Part shown: positions 52,672 through 64,000 of the stretch, in pieces
How positions within the stretch are numbered: the first letter of the stretch is position 1
Layout of the letters: each line of letters starts with the position of its first letter
Source: Macrostomum lignano
Lineage: Eukaryota
Direction: 5' to 3'
Assembly (NCBI GenBank): GCA_002269645.1
Contig: NIVC01000553.1
Location: forward strand, 218,554-282,553
DNA: 64,000 nt
Notes under the pieces: generated by a model
Database searches by the model: none
Told to the model about the DNA's origin: nothing
The model's input: only the letters and a program-made list of their open reading frames with translations
Translations under genes and position numbers: made by a program

Positions 52672-52941
52672 GGGGGCCGTAGCCTAATGGTCTACCGCAG
52701 CGCTCTCATATTCCACCGGCCTATGCTCGATTCCAAGTGCAGTCACACTAATTTGGGGGTAACTTGGAATCTGGGCTTGGATCTGCAATCAACGACCTTG
52801 AGGACCAACCCCCTATCAAGGCACAGTGAAGTGTACATGCTCAACGATAGATAAAGTTAGGTCCGCTGTACACTCCTGTGCGAGTATGTGCATGCTCAGG
52901 GGAGTCGGCGGAATGGGCAGTAATGCCTCTAATCCAAATCC
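52672..52941 (+). mobile_element. tRNA-headed SINE family A, copy 2 (intronic)
   Basis: GGGGCCGTAGCCTAATGG..GCTCGATTCC; shared body with 11601-11890; AATCCAAATCC tail. Confidence 0.8.
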
Positions 52942-52989
52942 GCAGCCAGATGTCGTTAATAAGCCCCACACGCCTCTCGCCCTGGCCAG

Positions 52990-53428
52990 GTCCGCCCTCG
53001 TCCCCATGGAGGTGCTGGAGACGCATCGCATCAGCACCTGGCAAGCCGAATTGAGCAGTCAGCTCAAACCTTTGACTTGGATCTCGCCTGAGGCTTCACT
53101 CTACGACGCTATTCGAGTCCTGCTTCACTCGCGAGTCCACCGCCTGCCGGTTATCGATCCGCTAACTGGCAACGCGCTGTACATTGTCACTCACAAGCGG
53201 GTGCTGAAATTCATCTGCCTGTACGCCCACCAGCTGCCCATGCCCGGCTGGCTGGACCAACCGATTATCCAGCTGGGCATCGGCACCCATTCTAATATTG
53301 TCACGGTCAGCGGGACCACTTCGTTAGTGAAAGTCCTGTCGCTGTTTGTGCAGAACAGGGTCAGCGCTCTGCCTGTGCTGAGCTCGGATGGCCGCCTCAC
53401 CGATATCTACTCCAAGTTCGACGTGATT
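52990..53428 (+). CDS. PRKAG: AMPK gamma subunit exon (CBS2-CBS3)
   Basis: [56 protein letters not shown]; phase-2 join to the previous exon; donor ATT|GTGAG. Confidence 0.96.
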
Positions 53429-53465
53429 GTGAGCTTGCTAGCTGGCTGCTGAGTCTTGCATGAAC

Positions 53466-54560
53466 ATCTGTCTCTCTCTCCTCTCCATCTCCTCTCCTCT
53501 CCCTCTCCCTCTCCTCTCCTCTCCTCTCCCTCTCCTCTCCCTCTCATCTCCATCTCCTCTCCTCTCCCTCTCCTCTCCATCTCCTCTCCTCTCCCTCTCC
53601 TCTCCCTCTCTTCTCCCTCTCCCTCTCCATCTCCCTCTCCATCTCCTCTCCTCTCCCTCTCCTCTCCCTCTCCTCTCCCTCTCCTCTCCCTCTCCTCTCC
53701 ATCTCCTCTCCTCTCCCTCTCCTCTCCCTCTCCTCTCCCTCTCCCTCTCCCTCTCCTCTCCCTCTCCTCTCCCTCTCCCTCTCCATCTCCTCTCCCTCTC
53801 CCTCTCCATCTCCCTCTCCCTCTCCTCTCCCTCTCCCTCTCCATCTCCCTCTCCATCTCCTCTCCCTCTCCCTCTCCTCTCCCTCTCCATCTCCCTCTCC
53901 CTCTCCCTCTCCATCTCCTCTCCCTCTCCCTCTCCTCTCCCTCTCCCTCTCCTCTCCCTCTCCTCTCCCTCTCCCTCTCCCTCTCCATCTCCCTCTCCCT
54001 CTCCCTCTCCCTCTCCTCTCCCTCTCATCTCCCTCTCCCTCTCCTCTCCCTCTCCTCTCCCTCTCCTCTCCATCTCCCTCTCCTCTCCCTCTCCCTCTCC
54101 TCTCTCTCACCTCTCCCTCTCCATCTCCCTCTCCATCTCCTCTCCCTCTCCCTCTCCTCTTCCTCTCCTCTCCCTCTCCTCTCCCTCTCCCTATACCTCT
54201 CCTTTCCCTCTCCCTCTCATCTCCCTCTCCCTCTCCTCTCCCTCTCCTCTCCCTCTCCTCTCCATCTCCCTCTCCTCTCCCTCTCCCTCTCCTCTTCCTC
54301 TCCTCTCCCTCTCCTCTCCCTCTCCCTATACCTCTCCTTTCCCTCTTCCTCTCCATCTCCCTCTGCCTCTCCCTCTCTTCTCCCTCTCATCTCCCTCTCC
54401 CTCTCCCTCTCCATCTCCTCTTTCTCCCTTCTCTTCATCTCCATCTCCCTCTCCATGTACCTTTCTTCTTCATCTCTGGCTCTGTCTTCCTTTCTAGTAT
54501 TTTTCCTCCAATAGTCTTTGGTCTCTTCCTCTCCCTCTCTCTCCCCTCTCCCCCGCCTCC
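53466..54560. repeat. CT-rich (CTCCCT/CTCCT)n intronic tract
   Basis: Direct. Confidence 0.95.
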
Positions 54561-54681
54561 CTCACCTCGTCCATGACCTAGACCGCCTCTTCGCCAAGGT
54601 ATTCCGCTTCATTTCTATTGTGTGGCCCAGCCTAATAGAGGTGGTTTAAATCTTAATCATTGAATAAATTTAACCTTGCAG

Positions 54682-54984
54682 AACCTGGCCGCTACAAAAA
54701 CGTACAACAACTTGGACATCTCCGTAGCCGAGGCTCTCCAATACAGACGCGAGCGCTTCGAAGGTGTCAGCAAGTGCAGCTCGGATGCCACGTTGAAAGC
54801 TGTGATTGACCAGCTGGTCCAAGACGAAGTGCACCGGCTGGTTATAGTGGACCAAGACAATCGAGTCACCGGCATGGTGTCCCTGTCGGACGTGCTCAAC
54901 GCTCTGGTGCGAGACTATGAGCGACTGGCCGACCACTGCAGCCAACCGGGCGTTGCTAGGGAAACTCTTGAGACCGGTCTGTAA
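54682..54984 (+). CDS. PRKAG: AMPK gamma subunit terminal exon (CBS4)
   Basis: TTGCAG|NLAATKTYNNLD..FEGVSKC..EVHRLVIVD..GMVSLSDVL; stop TAA. Confidence 0.96.
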   Translation, partial: NLAATKTYNNLDISVAEALQYRRERFEGVSKCSSDATLKAVIDQLVQDEVHRLVIVDQDNRVTGMVSLSDVLNALVRDYERLADHCSQPGVARETLETGL

Positions 54985-55119
54985 ACTGCCGGATGACGTC
55001 ACAACTGCTTGATTGAATCTGTTTCTTCGCACTGCGTGATTTTTAATTAACCGTCAGGTTTTTTTACGATTGGGTTTTCGCGGGGCCAAGCCAGGGCTTT
55101 TTATTATGGGTAGCGCGCC

Positions 55120-55530
55120 TTGGGGGCGCCATCTTGGGGGCGCCGTCTTGATGGCGTCGTCTTTGGGGCGCCGTCTTAGGGGCGCCATCTTTTCGGCGCC
55201 ATCGTAAGGGACGTCATCTTGGGGGTGGAGGGGGGGAGGCACCAGCACCAAGGGGCGCCAGCTGCCAGCACCAAGGGGCGCCAGCACCAAGGGGCGCCAG
55301 CACCAAGGGGCGCCAGCACCAAGGGGCGCCAGCACCAAGGGGCGCCAGCACCAAGGGGCGCCAGCACCAAGGGGCGCCAGCACCAAGGGGCGCCAGCACC
55401 AAGGGGCGCCAGCACCAAGGGGCGCCAGCACCAAGGGGCGCCAGCACCAAGGGGCGCCAGCACCAAGGGGCGCCAGCACCAAGGGGCGCCAGCACCAAGG
55501 GGCGCCAGCACCAAGGGGCGCCAGCACTAA
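55120..55530. repeat. GC-rich GGGGCGCC-core repeats; 16-bp unit (CCAGCACCAAGGGGCG)n from about 55240
   Basis: Direct. Confidence 0.9.
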
Positions 55531-56239
55531 TCGCGCAATTACATCCACCTTGTCTTTCTTCCTTCAGCTCCTATCCCTGCTCATAGTACATAATCTTAGC
55601 TTGTTCAGACTAGTCTATTAAAACTAATTGTAGAAAGTATAAAAGTAAGATCGACTACATACTACGAGCGTACAGTAGAAACTGGCCTTCCATTTTAAAC
55701 ACGTGTTTATTGTAAATTCATTCTGTCTCATTTGTCCTTCAGTCTTTACTCCGCGCTCAAAGTTCTATATAATAACTTAGGTCGTATGCAGTGCACCGTT
55801 CGTTCTGCTTGTTTATTAATTATATTCAACGGTGACCTTAAAGATACCGTATTTTCTTATTTTTTTGTTATTTTTGTAACTGCAGTTTTCATATTCTGCG
55901 TCTCTTATTTTACCTTCCCTTCGACTTCCGTTGTTTTGAATGAAAGCATAGTTTCGTCATTTCGTAAGCCTGATAATCTTGAAAATTGGAAAAATTTGTT
56001 AATTGAAAACTAGCTAATATTGTGCTTCAATTCGATGATAATAACGCTCGTATTAATATAATAAATTTACGTCTTTTTCAGGGTATAGTGTACGCAACTA
56101 AGCTAACCAAAGGTACATGCCCTCATGACCTTACTCTCCAAGGCCTATGTGTACAGTGTACATGTACATTCACCCGCCTCACATCTGAATGAATGCCATT
56201 CTCCCAAAGCCCATCACTTGATTGTAGGGCTCTTTTCAA

Positions 56240-56735
56240 GCTAAACATCGCTTGAATGTACGCACATTCCCGGCCCAGCCCCCCCCCCAGAAAACTATCG
56301 CCCGATTGTGGCCCAGTCCCCCCAGAAAACTATCGCTTGAATGTACGCACATTCCCAGCCCAGCCCCCCCAGAAAACTATCGCCCGATTGTGGCCCAGTC
56401 CCCCAGAAAACTATCGCTTGAATGTACGCACATTCCCAGCCCAGCCCCCCCCCCCCAGAAAACTATCGCCCGATTGAGGCCCAGTCCCCCAGAAAACTAT
56501 CGCTTGAATGTACGCTCTTTCTTCGGCATAGTCCCCCCCCCCAAAAAAAAACTATCGCCCGATTGTGGCCCAGTCCCCCAGAAAACTATCGCTTGAATGT
56601 ACGCACATTCCCAGCCCAGCCCCCCCCCCCAGAAAACTATCGCCCGATTGAGGCCCAGTCGGCCCCCAGAAAACCATCGCTTGAATGTACGCACATTCCC
56701 CGGCCCGGTCCCCCCAGAAAACCATCGCTTGAATA
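56240..56735. repeat. ~65-70-bp minisatellite (CAGAAAACTATCGC core)
   Basis: Direct. Confidence 0.85.
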
Positions 56736-57254
56736 TATACGCACTCCCTCGATCCCTCCAAGCCCAAGCCCCCCCCCCCGCCTAACCAACCGTCATGTTA
56801 ATATACTCGTACATTTACATCTACGCACTCTCATTCCAGTCTCCGTATCAACCATCGTTTGAGTGTACTTAACAATAATGTTTATTACATAGTTTTCTAT
56901 TAAATTAACAGCCCCATATCCCCACTTTTGAGGCTGAAACCAATAAAAATACTAATAAAAATACCCTGCTTTTTTGCATGCATGATTGAGCTTCTGGCGT
57001 TTTTTTAGTTCCACCACCTACGTCACAACCCCAACGCAACTTCTGCACCAAACATGCAATTCGAATTTAATAACTTGTTTGTTTTTGGTTGTTAAATAAT
57101 GAGAACCGTCTGTGCGCACCTGCTGTTTTCTAGACTTAAAACTATCCAAAGATAAAATATAAAACAAAAGTAATAACTTCTGAACTTCTGAAAGTCGATG
57201 TTTTTGCCTTTCTCATTTCGTCGTTCCTTAATTTTTTCCCGTTTGATTTCCGTG

Positions 57255-57562
57255 TCTCTCTGCTGACACTACCGCCTCCCCTGACACTCTACAGTCTCTC
57301 TGCTGACACTACCGCCTCCCCTGACACTCTACTGTCTCTCTGCTGGCACTAACGGCTACCGCCTCCCCTGACACTCTACTGTCTCTCTGCTGGCACTAAC
57401 GGCTACCGCCTCCCCTGACACTCTACTGTCTCTCTGCTGACACTACCGCCTCCCCTGACACTCTACTGTCTCTCTGCTGATACTACCGCCTCCCCTGACA
57501 CTCTACTGTCTCTCTGCTGACACTACCGCCTCCCCTGACACTACTGTCTCTCTGCTGACACT
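57255..57562. repeat. ~40-bp minisatellite
   Basis: gtctctctgctgacactaccgcctcccctgacactctact repeated. Confidence 0.9.
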
Positions 57563-58324
57563 GATTTAGCAAGTGTTTTAATGCAGCTAGTCAAGAGGTT
57601 TAATGATAAGGCAGAAGTAGTTTTCAAACTCCCTTTATTGATGCCATTTTGGCAGCGCACTGGTAAAAAATTGATCGAACAGGGTTTATAATAAAAAATC
57701 AATTAGCACAAATCATTTAGAAAATGCAAACCAAAGCCAATTCATTTTTGTCTAAATTATCTAAAATCTAATTAAATACGAATGATTGTTGATAAAATAT
57801 TGCACACTACTAAAAGTAGAAGTAGCCAATACGAAATTTAAAAAAGCATCTACGACTCGTAAAAAACAAATAAAAACGGCCAAGAGTATAAATATTGATT
57901 GAATCGTCAGGATGGTAATGGAGGAGTACATAAATAGCACTAGCCTATCAAATGTTGTAAAAAAACAAAAAATAATAACCGACAAAAAATTATTGTAGTT
58001 ACAGCTATTACATACGCTTCGAATTTTTGGAAACCATGAGCTATTAATTACTACTTAAAAAACTGTAATTAGTAACATGAACTGCACATTTTGAAAAAAC
58101 GGTAAATTTTTTAAAGAACTAAATATTTGTTTGAAAGTGTTTAGGTGGCACTGTTTTGATCCAAAATGGCACCATCATCTGAAGAGAACACATAACAATC
58201 GAAAACAGAACGTTAAACTCACAAAACCATTTGTCTAAGCTAAGATTAGAATGTCAGAGCCAATCAGACCCATCCAATAGGGCACTTCCACTTCCATATT
58301 TTAGCACATTATTAATGTGTGTAA

Positions 58325-58442
58325 AAACTGGCACCATTATGCTAAAAATGGCAAAATTACGCTAAAATGGCACCATTATGCTAAATGGCACAATATGCTA
58401 AAAATGGCACCATTAGGGTAAAAATGGCACCATTATGCTAAG
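58325..58442. repeat. ~21-bp repeat (AAAATGGCACCATTATGCTA)
   Basis: 5-6 copies. Confidence 0.75.
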
Positions 58443-58618
58443 CGCAAATTCATATCTCTCAAATGACCTTATAAAAATTTTCTAATTTTCAATAAATTCA
58501 TAATGGTCATAGAAACGATTCTCTAAGAAATGTCACTAAAGTACATAATGCTCTATTTAAAGTTAATTGCGGCACCCAATTGATGCAATCAGAGAAAGGC
58601 GAACTGCAGAAGCCCAAT

Positions 58619-59161
58619 TCAAGCTCGGCGGCCCATCAGTCCGGCCGGCGCCGCGGTCCCGCCGCCAGTGGTCTGGAAGAGTCTGCGCACCGCCAGCACC
58701 TGAGCGGCTGCCGCCGAAACCACGCCGAAAATCTCCACAAGCGACCAGGCGCCAACCCGACCGAGTGTGGCCTCCGCTGCCAACCTGTCCGCCGCCTCGT
58801 TAAGCCGCATCCGGCGCTGATAATTGGAGATTGACACGAGGTTGGCTCCGATAATCTGCATCGAATCCAGCATGACTTTGCGGCGTTCCTGATCGTCTTC
58901 ATCCAAACTGGACGACGATGAAGATGACGACAAATCCGGAAATTCCAGCGACTCGTTCTCTTCTCGGCCCGAGCGGAGGGCAAAGTAGACCAACTTTCTG
59001 GCTAAAGCAGAAAATTCATTTGAGAAACAGGCGCGATAGATGCCCGGCTTGGTGACAGAGAACACTCGGCCTCCCTGAGTCTCTTTGTCGGCTGAGAACA
59101 CTGGCTCGCCATCGGGGTCAAAGAGGCGGACATTGATGTCCACATTACCGCCTGATAGAAC
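58619..59161 (-). CDS. TMED: p24/TMED (GOLD) cargo receptor, exon 2; gamma-subfamily-like
   Basis: CCCACAG|VLSGGNVDINV..YRACFSNEFS..KLVYF..QRRMRLNEAADR..RVGAWS..QVLAVRRLF; paralogue not resolved. Confidence 0.92.
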   Translation of the reverse strand, partial: VLSGGNVDINVRLFDPDGEPVFSADKETQGGRVFSVTKPGIYRACFSNEFSALARKLVYFALRSGREENESLEFPDLSSSSSSSSLDEDDQERRKVMLDSMQIIGANLVSISNYQRRMRLNEAADRLAAEATLGRVGAWSLVEIFGVVSAAAAQVLAVRRLFQTTGGGTAAPAGLMGRRA

Positions 59162-59758
59162 CTGTGGGCGGGATCAATTTTAAACAAAATTGAGAGAAAA
59201 TTTGACATTAAGTTCATAAGTTTGCTATATTGCAACTTATAAAGTTTTAACTTTTTCATTTGTTATACTGCATTCAGAAAAACAATAAGTTTAAAAAACA
59301 AATAAAAAGTGGTTAAAATTCTACGAAAGGATAAAAAAAGTGCATTGATTAAAATGTTTAAAGAAATCCTATTTAAATTAAAGTACAGAGATCGTTAACT
59401 CATTTGACAGCTTTGATTTATCATAAACATTAATTAGCTACTTAGTATATTTTACTTAGTATATTTTCAGAAAAATGACAAAAAGCAGAAAAAGTACAAA
59501 CTTACTAATACCAATGCTTAGTAATTAATTAAAAACATTTAATGATATAAAATAAAAAATCAAATTGCATTTTTAAAAAAATCAAATTTAAAGAAATTAA
59601 AGAAGCATACAAGCACTGATATTCTGATAATTATTAATTATTAAATTCAAGTTAAAATAATAACAAACACAATTCCATCCCCATGTCTATGATATAGCCA
59701 AAAGTTTCAATAAATTTTCGTTCATACAATATTGCAATTAATAAACATTAAGACTTAC

Positions 59759-59908
59759 ACGAAAGTCAATCTGAGCTTTGTCATCCGATTCAAATTTTTC
59801 ATAGAAGCAATCTTTTCTTCGCTCGCGCAGTTCAAAAGTGAACTCTGTGCAGCTTGCTTGAAGGCATAAAAAACCCAACGCAAATGTGCTAAGTTTAAGC
59901 GAATTCAT
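59759..59908 (-). CDS. TMED: p24/TMED exon 1 (signal peptide + start of GOLD)
   Basis: MNSLKLSTFALGFLCLQASCTEFTFEL..KDCFYE..IDFR|GTAAGT; phase 0 matches exon 2; 230 aa total. Confidence 0.9.
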
Positions 59909-60633
59909 ATTATAATTTAGCACTTAGCGGCAGCTTTTAAACACTACCTTAACTGTGTGAATTTCTGTGTTCCAGTTGCAGCCCTTAGTGAATTGAATTT
60001 ACTACTAACTTTGAAGAAACTTATTAAATAATTGTAATTACTATAATATTTTTAAGTTATATAATTTGCGACCTAAAACTATTTTCGTCCATCGCAAGAG
60101 ACTCGATACAAAAATACTAAGGAAATAAAAATATTGTTGAAAATACAAGCGAAATAGTTTTTCGTTCGGTCTGAACGGTAGCAGAATAAATTTTAAAATT
60201 TTTATTTGAATTTCGCAGAAACTTTGTTATACCGTGTCTACAACTAAGCCGGTTTGTGAAAAACTTGGCCTGGGGTTGTTTTTGATATTGCTGTGGACCT
60301 AATCTGTAGAAAGCTTAAGGTTAATTATCAAGCTGAAGGCTATGAGAACCTGAATGCAAGAATTTAGTACAAATTAAATATATACATGTACTTGCTTCAA
60401 GAAGGAACAAAAAAAAATTTTACCTGTGTGACTATACCTTGTACATATGATATGCATTGTGCTTGTGCTTATAAAGTAAAAATAAAACTTTCAGTATAAA
60501 ACAATATAAAATAAAACATCGTGACATGTTATTCATGCTAAACTTAACAATGGTAATCTCGATTAGAAATTACAGGAGCGAACGTCAAAAACGTGCAATA
60601 TATTCTTTAGTGAACACATCTTTCAAAATCGTT

Positions 60634-60673
60634 TGCCAACGCGTTTCATCTTAAGCGGACATCATCCAGGGTT
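60634..60673 (-). ncRNA. Degenerate minimal hammerhead ribozyme motif (Penelope-type)
   Basis: Minus strand CCCTGGATGA-T-GTC-CGCTTAA-GAT-GAAAC-GCGTT-GG; one extra G in the CUGAUGA core. Confidence 0.5.
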
Positions 60674-60772
60674 ATCTCGATTACTGCCCTATTAAACCAA
60701 ATGCAATTGTAGTGACTGGCTGCTAACTGGCTATTCAGCAGCATTCACTAGCTAGCTTTCCTTTAAGAGCTC

Positions 60773-61637
60773 TGTGTTCCGCTGCGCAGCAGCTCAATCC
60801 ACCTGATCTAGAGAGAGTTACCCTGTGCTGGGCCTAAGTGTTTACTGCCCGATGACTCAACGCCCGAGCAGGCGCGCAGGCAGCCACACAAAGTTTTCCC
60901 CACTCGCACTGAGGAGACGTAGCAGGATGCAAACGATCATCACCTACCCTCTCGCGCGCGCGGAGTGTAATCGCTGCCTGGAAGGAGTAAACAGGATGAC
61001 TCATCCGCCCAAACTCTATTTTTAGCGCAGTAAAAGCACATGACTGTGCACGCAAGTTGTGCGTGGCAGCTGACCTTGAGTCACGCCACGGTGGCGTGAC
61101 AGGGTTACCTTATTTGGAAGTTGGCCTTGAGTCACGCATCTCTTGCATGACTCCCTGGCCCAAATAAGGAAGTTTCACGCGCTCACCGCATGAAACTCAC
61201 GTGACTTTTGGGGGTTCGATCGGCTATAAATACGGAGCACCTGAGAGCTGTTTTCTTCAGATCCTTGCCGCTGCGCTTGTTGGGCCTCGTCCGGAGCTGC
61301 CTCTCTGCCTCCGAGCTCTCTCCTCTCTCATTTCAGGTTTACAGGTTTTCAGGTTCGAGCAGCAATTTTAGGAACGATCAACTGTCGAGACATCTTCAGA
61401 TTTGCATTGCTCCGAGCGACTTCGTTATTTTATTTCAGGTTACGGATAGACAACTCTGCCGACGCGTCGAGTCCGCAAATCAAGGTGGCAGCAACTACCG
61501 AGACTAAGGCTTACGATTTAGGTTCTTTTCAGGCAAATCGATAGGTAGTACAACGGTACTATCTAGTAGCTACTTCCGGAGCAGCGAGTTCAATTTTAGG
61601 TACATCGTACAGAACTCGGAAAGCATCGCGTAACACA
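60773..61637 (+). mobile_element. Solo-LTR-like element
   Basis: Ends TGTGTTCCGC ... GCGTAACACA (9/10 inverted, TG...CA); TATA CTATAAATA near 61224; GC-richer than flanks; no TSD found. Confidence 0.55.
60853..61232 (+). promoter_or_regulatory. Cluster of 4 AP-1 motifs, 2 CArG boxes and a TATA box
   Basis: TGACTCA 60853 and 60997; TGAGTCA 61077 and 61128; CCTTATTTGG 61108; CCAAATAAGG 61160. Confidence 0.5.
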
Positions 61638-62284
61638 ATCATGGGTTTTTTGATGATTGGTTTTATGAAAATGGCCTTCTAAAAAGTACACGATGAGCTC
61701 TGCGTCCTATTTTATTACAGTGGTCCTTAAGCCACTACAGTATGTTGTTTTGTCTGTCATAATGTATCTGTTGTCCCTGATCTCTGTTCGCCCAGCAGCA
61801 TGCTACTTGACTGCACAATTATCAGTAGTGTATTCCACACAGGAGCAATTGCAGCTTTTCGGTTGAAAACGAATGAAAAATATTAATAAGCGAGATAAAC
61901 AAGATAGTCAGGCATTAGACTCGTCGACCTTTCCCCGTTGGGACAAAATTGCTCACGAACTCCAATCCGAGAGCGATTCAGGTGCCCTCAATGTGGGTGG
62001 AAAGTGGGTGGATGCCTTCTTGCAAGCAGTTTTCCTTTTCATTTATTTTGAATCTCAATTTACAAAGACAGTATAATAAAACGAAGGGAAGTCTCAATTG
62101 GCGATGGAAGGTTCAATTTTTAAAGGAAATCAACTGAGAATGTCACGAGGGCCGATCTTGACATTTTCCTTTTCTAATGCCATTTTGTTTCATGAAGCTG
62201 CATTTTGCTATGACTCCTAATAGCGCATTCTGTTTTAAACGAATGGGCTCCGTTAATTCAATCGTTCGCTTCATGACCTCAAAA

Positions 62285-63435
62285 AAGGGGAGAGGAGAGG
62301 AAGAGAGGAGAGAGCAGGAAGAGAAGAGGGAGTAGGGGAGAGGAGAGGAGAGAGGAGTGGAGAGAGGAGAGAGGAAAGAAGAGGGGGAGAGAGGGAGAGA
62401 GAGGAGAGCCTCCAATACCGGGCACTGACACGGTAAAAAGACCAGGAGCAAAAGGTTTGAATTGTAATAGGAGAGAGGAAAGAAGAGAGGAGAGAGGAGA
62501 GGAGAGAGGAGAGAGGAGAGAGGAAAGAGGAGAGAGGAGAGAGGAGAGAGGAAAGGAGAGAGGAGAGAGGAGAGAGGAAAGAAGAGAGGAGAGAGGAGAG
62601 AGGAGAGAGGAGAGAGGAGAGAGGAGAGAGGAGAGAGGGGAGAAGAGAGGACAGAGGAGAGAGGAAAGAAGAGAGGAGTGAGGAGAGGAGAGAGGAGAGA
62701 GGAGAGAGGAAAGAGGAGAGAGGAGAGAGGAGAGAGGAAAGGAGAGAGGAGAGAGGAGAGAGGAAAGAAGAGAGGAGAGAGGAGAGAGGAGAGAGGAGAG
62801 AGGAGAGAGGAGAGAGGGGAGAAGAGAGGACAGAGGAGAGAGGAGAGAGGAGGAGAGAGGAGAGGAGGGGGAGGAAAGGAGAGATGAGGAGATGAGAGGA
62901 GAGGAGAGAGTAGGGGAGAGATCAGGAGAGAGGAGAGAGGAGAGAGGAAAGGAGAGAGGAGAGAGGAGAGAGGAAAGAGGAGAGAGGAGAGAGGAGAGAG
63001 GAAAGGAGAGAGGAGAGAGGAGAGAGGAAAGAAGAGAGGAGAGAGGAGAGAGGAGAGAGGAGAGAGGAGAGAGGAGAGAGGAGAGAGGAGAGAGGAGAGA
63101 GGAGAGAGGGGAGAAGAGAGGACAGAGGAGAGAGGAGAGAGGAGGAGAGAGGAGAGGAGGGGGAGGAAAGGAGAGATGAGGAGATGAGAGGAGAGGAGAG
63201 AGTAGGGGAGAGATCAGGAGAGAGGAGAGGAAAGAGGAAGAGAGGATAGAAGAGAAGAGAGAGGTGGGGAGAGGAGAGGAATGAGGAGGGGAGAGAGGAG
63301 AGGAAAGAGGAGAGAGGAGAGGAAAGAGGAGAGAGGAGAGGGGAGAGAGGAGAGAGGAGAGAAAACGAAGCAGCGAAGACACAAAAGAAGACAGAGAGGG
63401 AAACAGAGGAGAAAAAGAGGGAGACAAAAAGGGGA
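62285..63435. repeat. Purine-rich (GAGAG/GGAGA)n tract
   Basis: Direct. Confidence 0.95.
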
Positions 63436-64000
63436 TAACTTGAAAAGTGTATCTATTAAGATTAGCTAAAAGCAAGAGAAAGCGTCATTTAAGTTTGAAC
63501 CAAAGCGATTTCAGTTGTTTTTTAACAATGTAAAAATTTTTCAACAATATTTTAACGCTACTGCTGTTCCTTTGTTTATTTTAAAGCTGACGAGGCTAAA
63601 TCCTCCGTTGGAGAAGAAAGGAGATAGAACTCCCATCGACAGAATTCCTTTCCCTGAAATCCATCAGCTGAATCCTATGACCCGAATCCCTTCTTCGAAA
63701 TCCTCTGTAAAACCACTCAAAATACCATATCCTATTTTCCATGTTTGCAACACTTGACTGCCATGGTCCAGACTGAGACTCTCTCCTGTCTCTTCTCTCC
63801 TCTTTCCTTTCTCATCTCTAATCTCTCCTCCCTCATCTCTACTCTATTACATGTATCTATTATCTCTCATCTCTCCTCTTTCCCTTCTCCTTTCGCATGA
63901 AAAAGATACCAAAGACAGAAAAGCAGGCAAAGGAGGGGACTTCTAGAGTTTAAGATCAGTTCCAGTTTTAATGGGATCAAAATTTTGGTCACTATTAAAG

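Noticed and set aside
52826-52989. N-terminal extension of the 208-aa ORF as AMPK coding sequence
   Set aside because: It reads through SINE sequence; homology and splice phase put the exon start at 52990

Overview
This is animal genomic DNA, not prokaryotic: GT-AG introns, GC-rich exons, TTAGGG repeats, and roughly half simple or tandem repeats. The style suggests a free-living flatworm such as Macrostomum, which is inference only. Most of the window is one + strand AMP-activated protein kinase gamma subunit gene (4 CBS domains). Its downstream exons splice in consistent phase (44854-45498, 47761-47845, 51756-52302, 52990-53428, 54682-54984). Up to four candidate upstream exons at 15.6-24.3 kb all end in phase-0 donors. 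A two-exon p24/TMED (GOLD) gene converges on it from the minus strand, and an intronless secreted PAN + C-type lectin gene lies at 4.4-5.1 kb. Mobile DNA includes a Penelope-like RT/GIY-YIG ORF with an apparently unusual module order and an internally deleted RNase H-bearing LINE with an 8-bp TSD. There is also a 4.6-kb non-autonomous Helitron-like element that carries the monomers of two local satellites, two tRNA-derived SINE families, a hAT-like MITE, a solo-LTR-like element and a decayed hammerhead motif. The most intriguing item is a 1.38-kb noncoding insertion with a 14-bp TSD whose 5' end resembles a flatworm spliced-leader RNA. Coordinates were read by hand and repeat boundaries are approximate; no searches were run.
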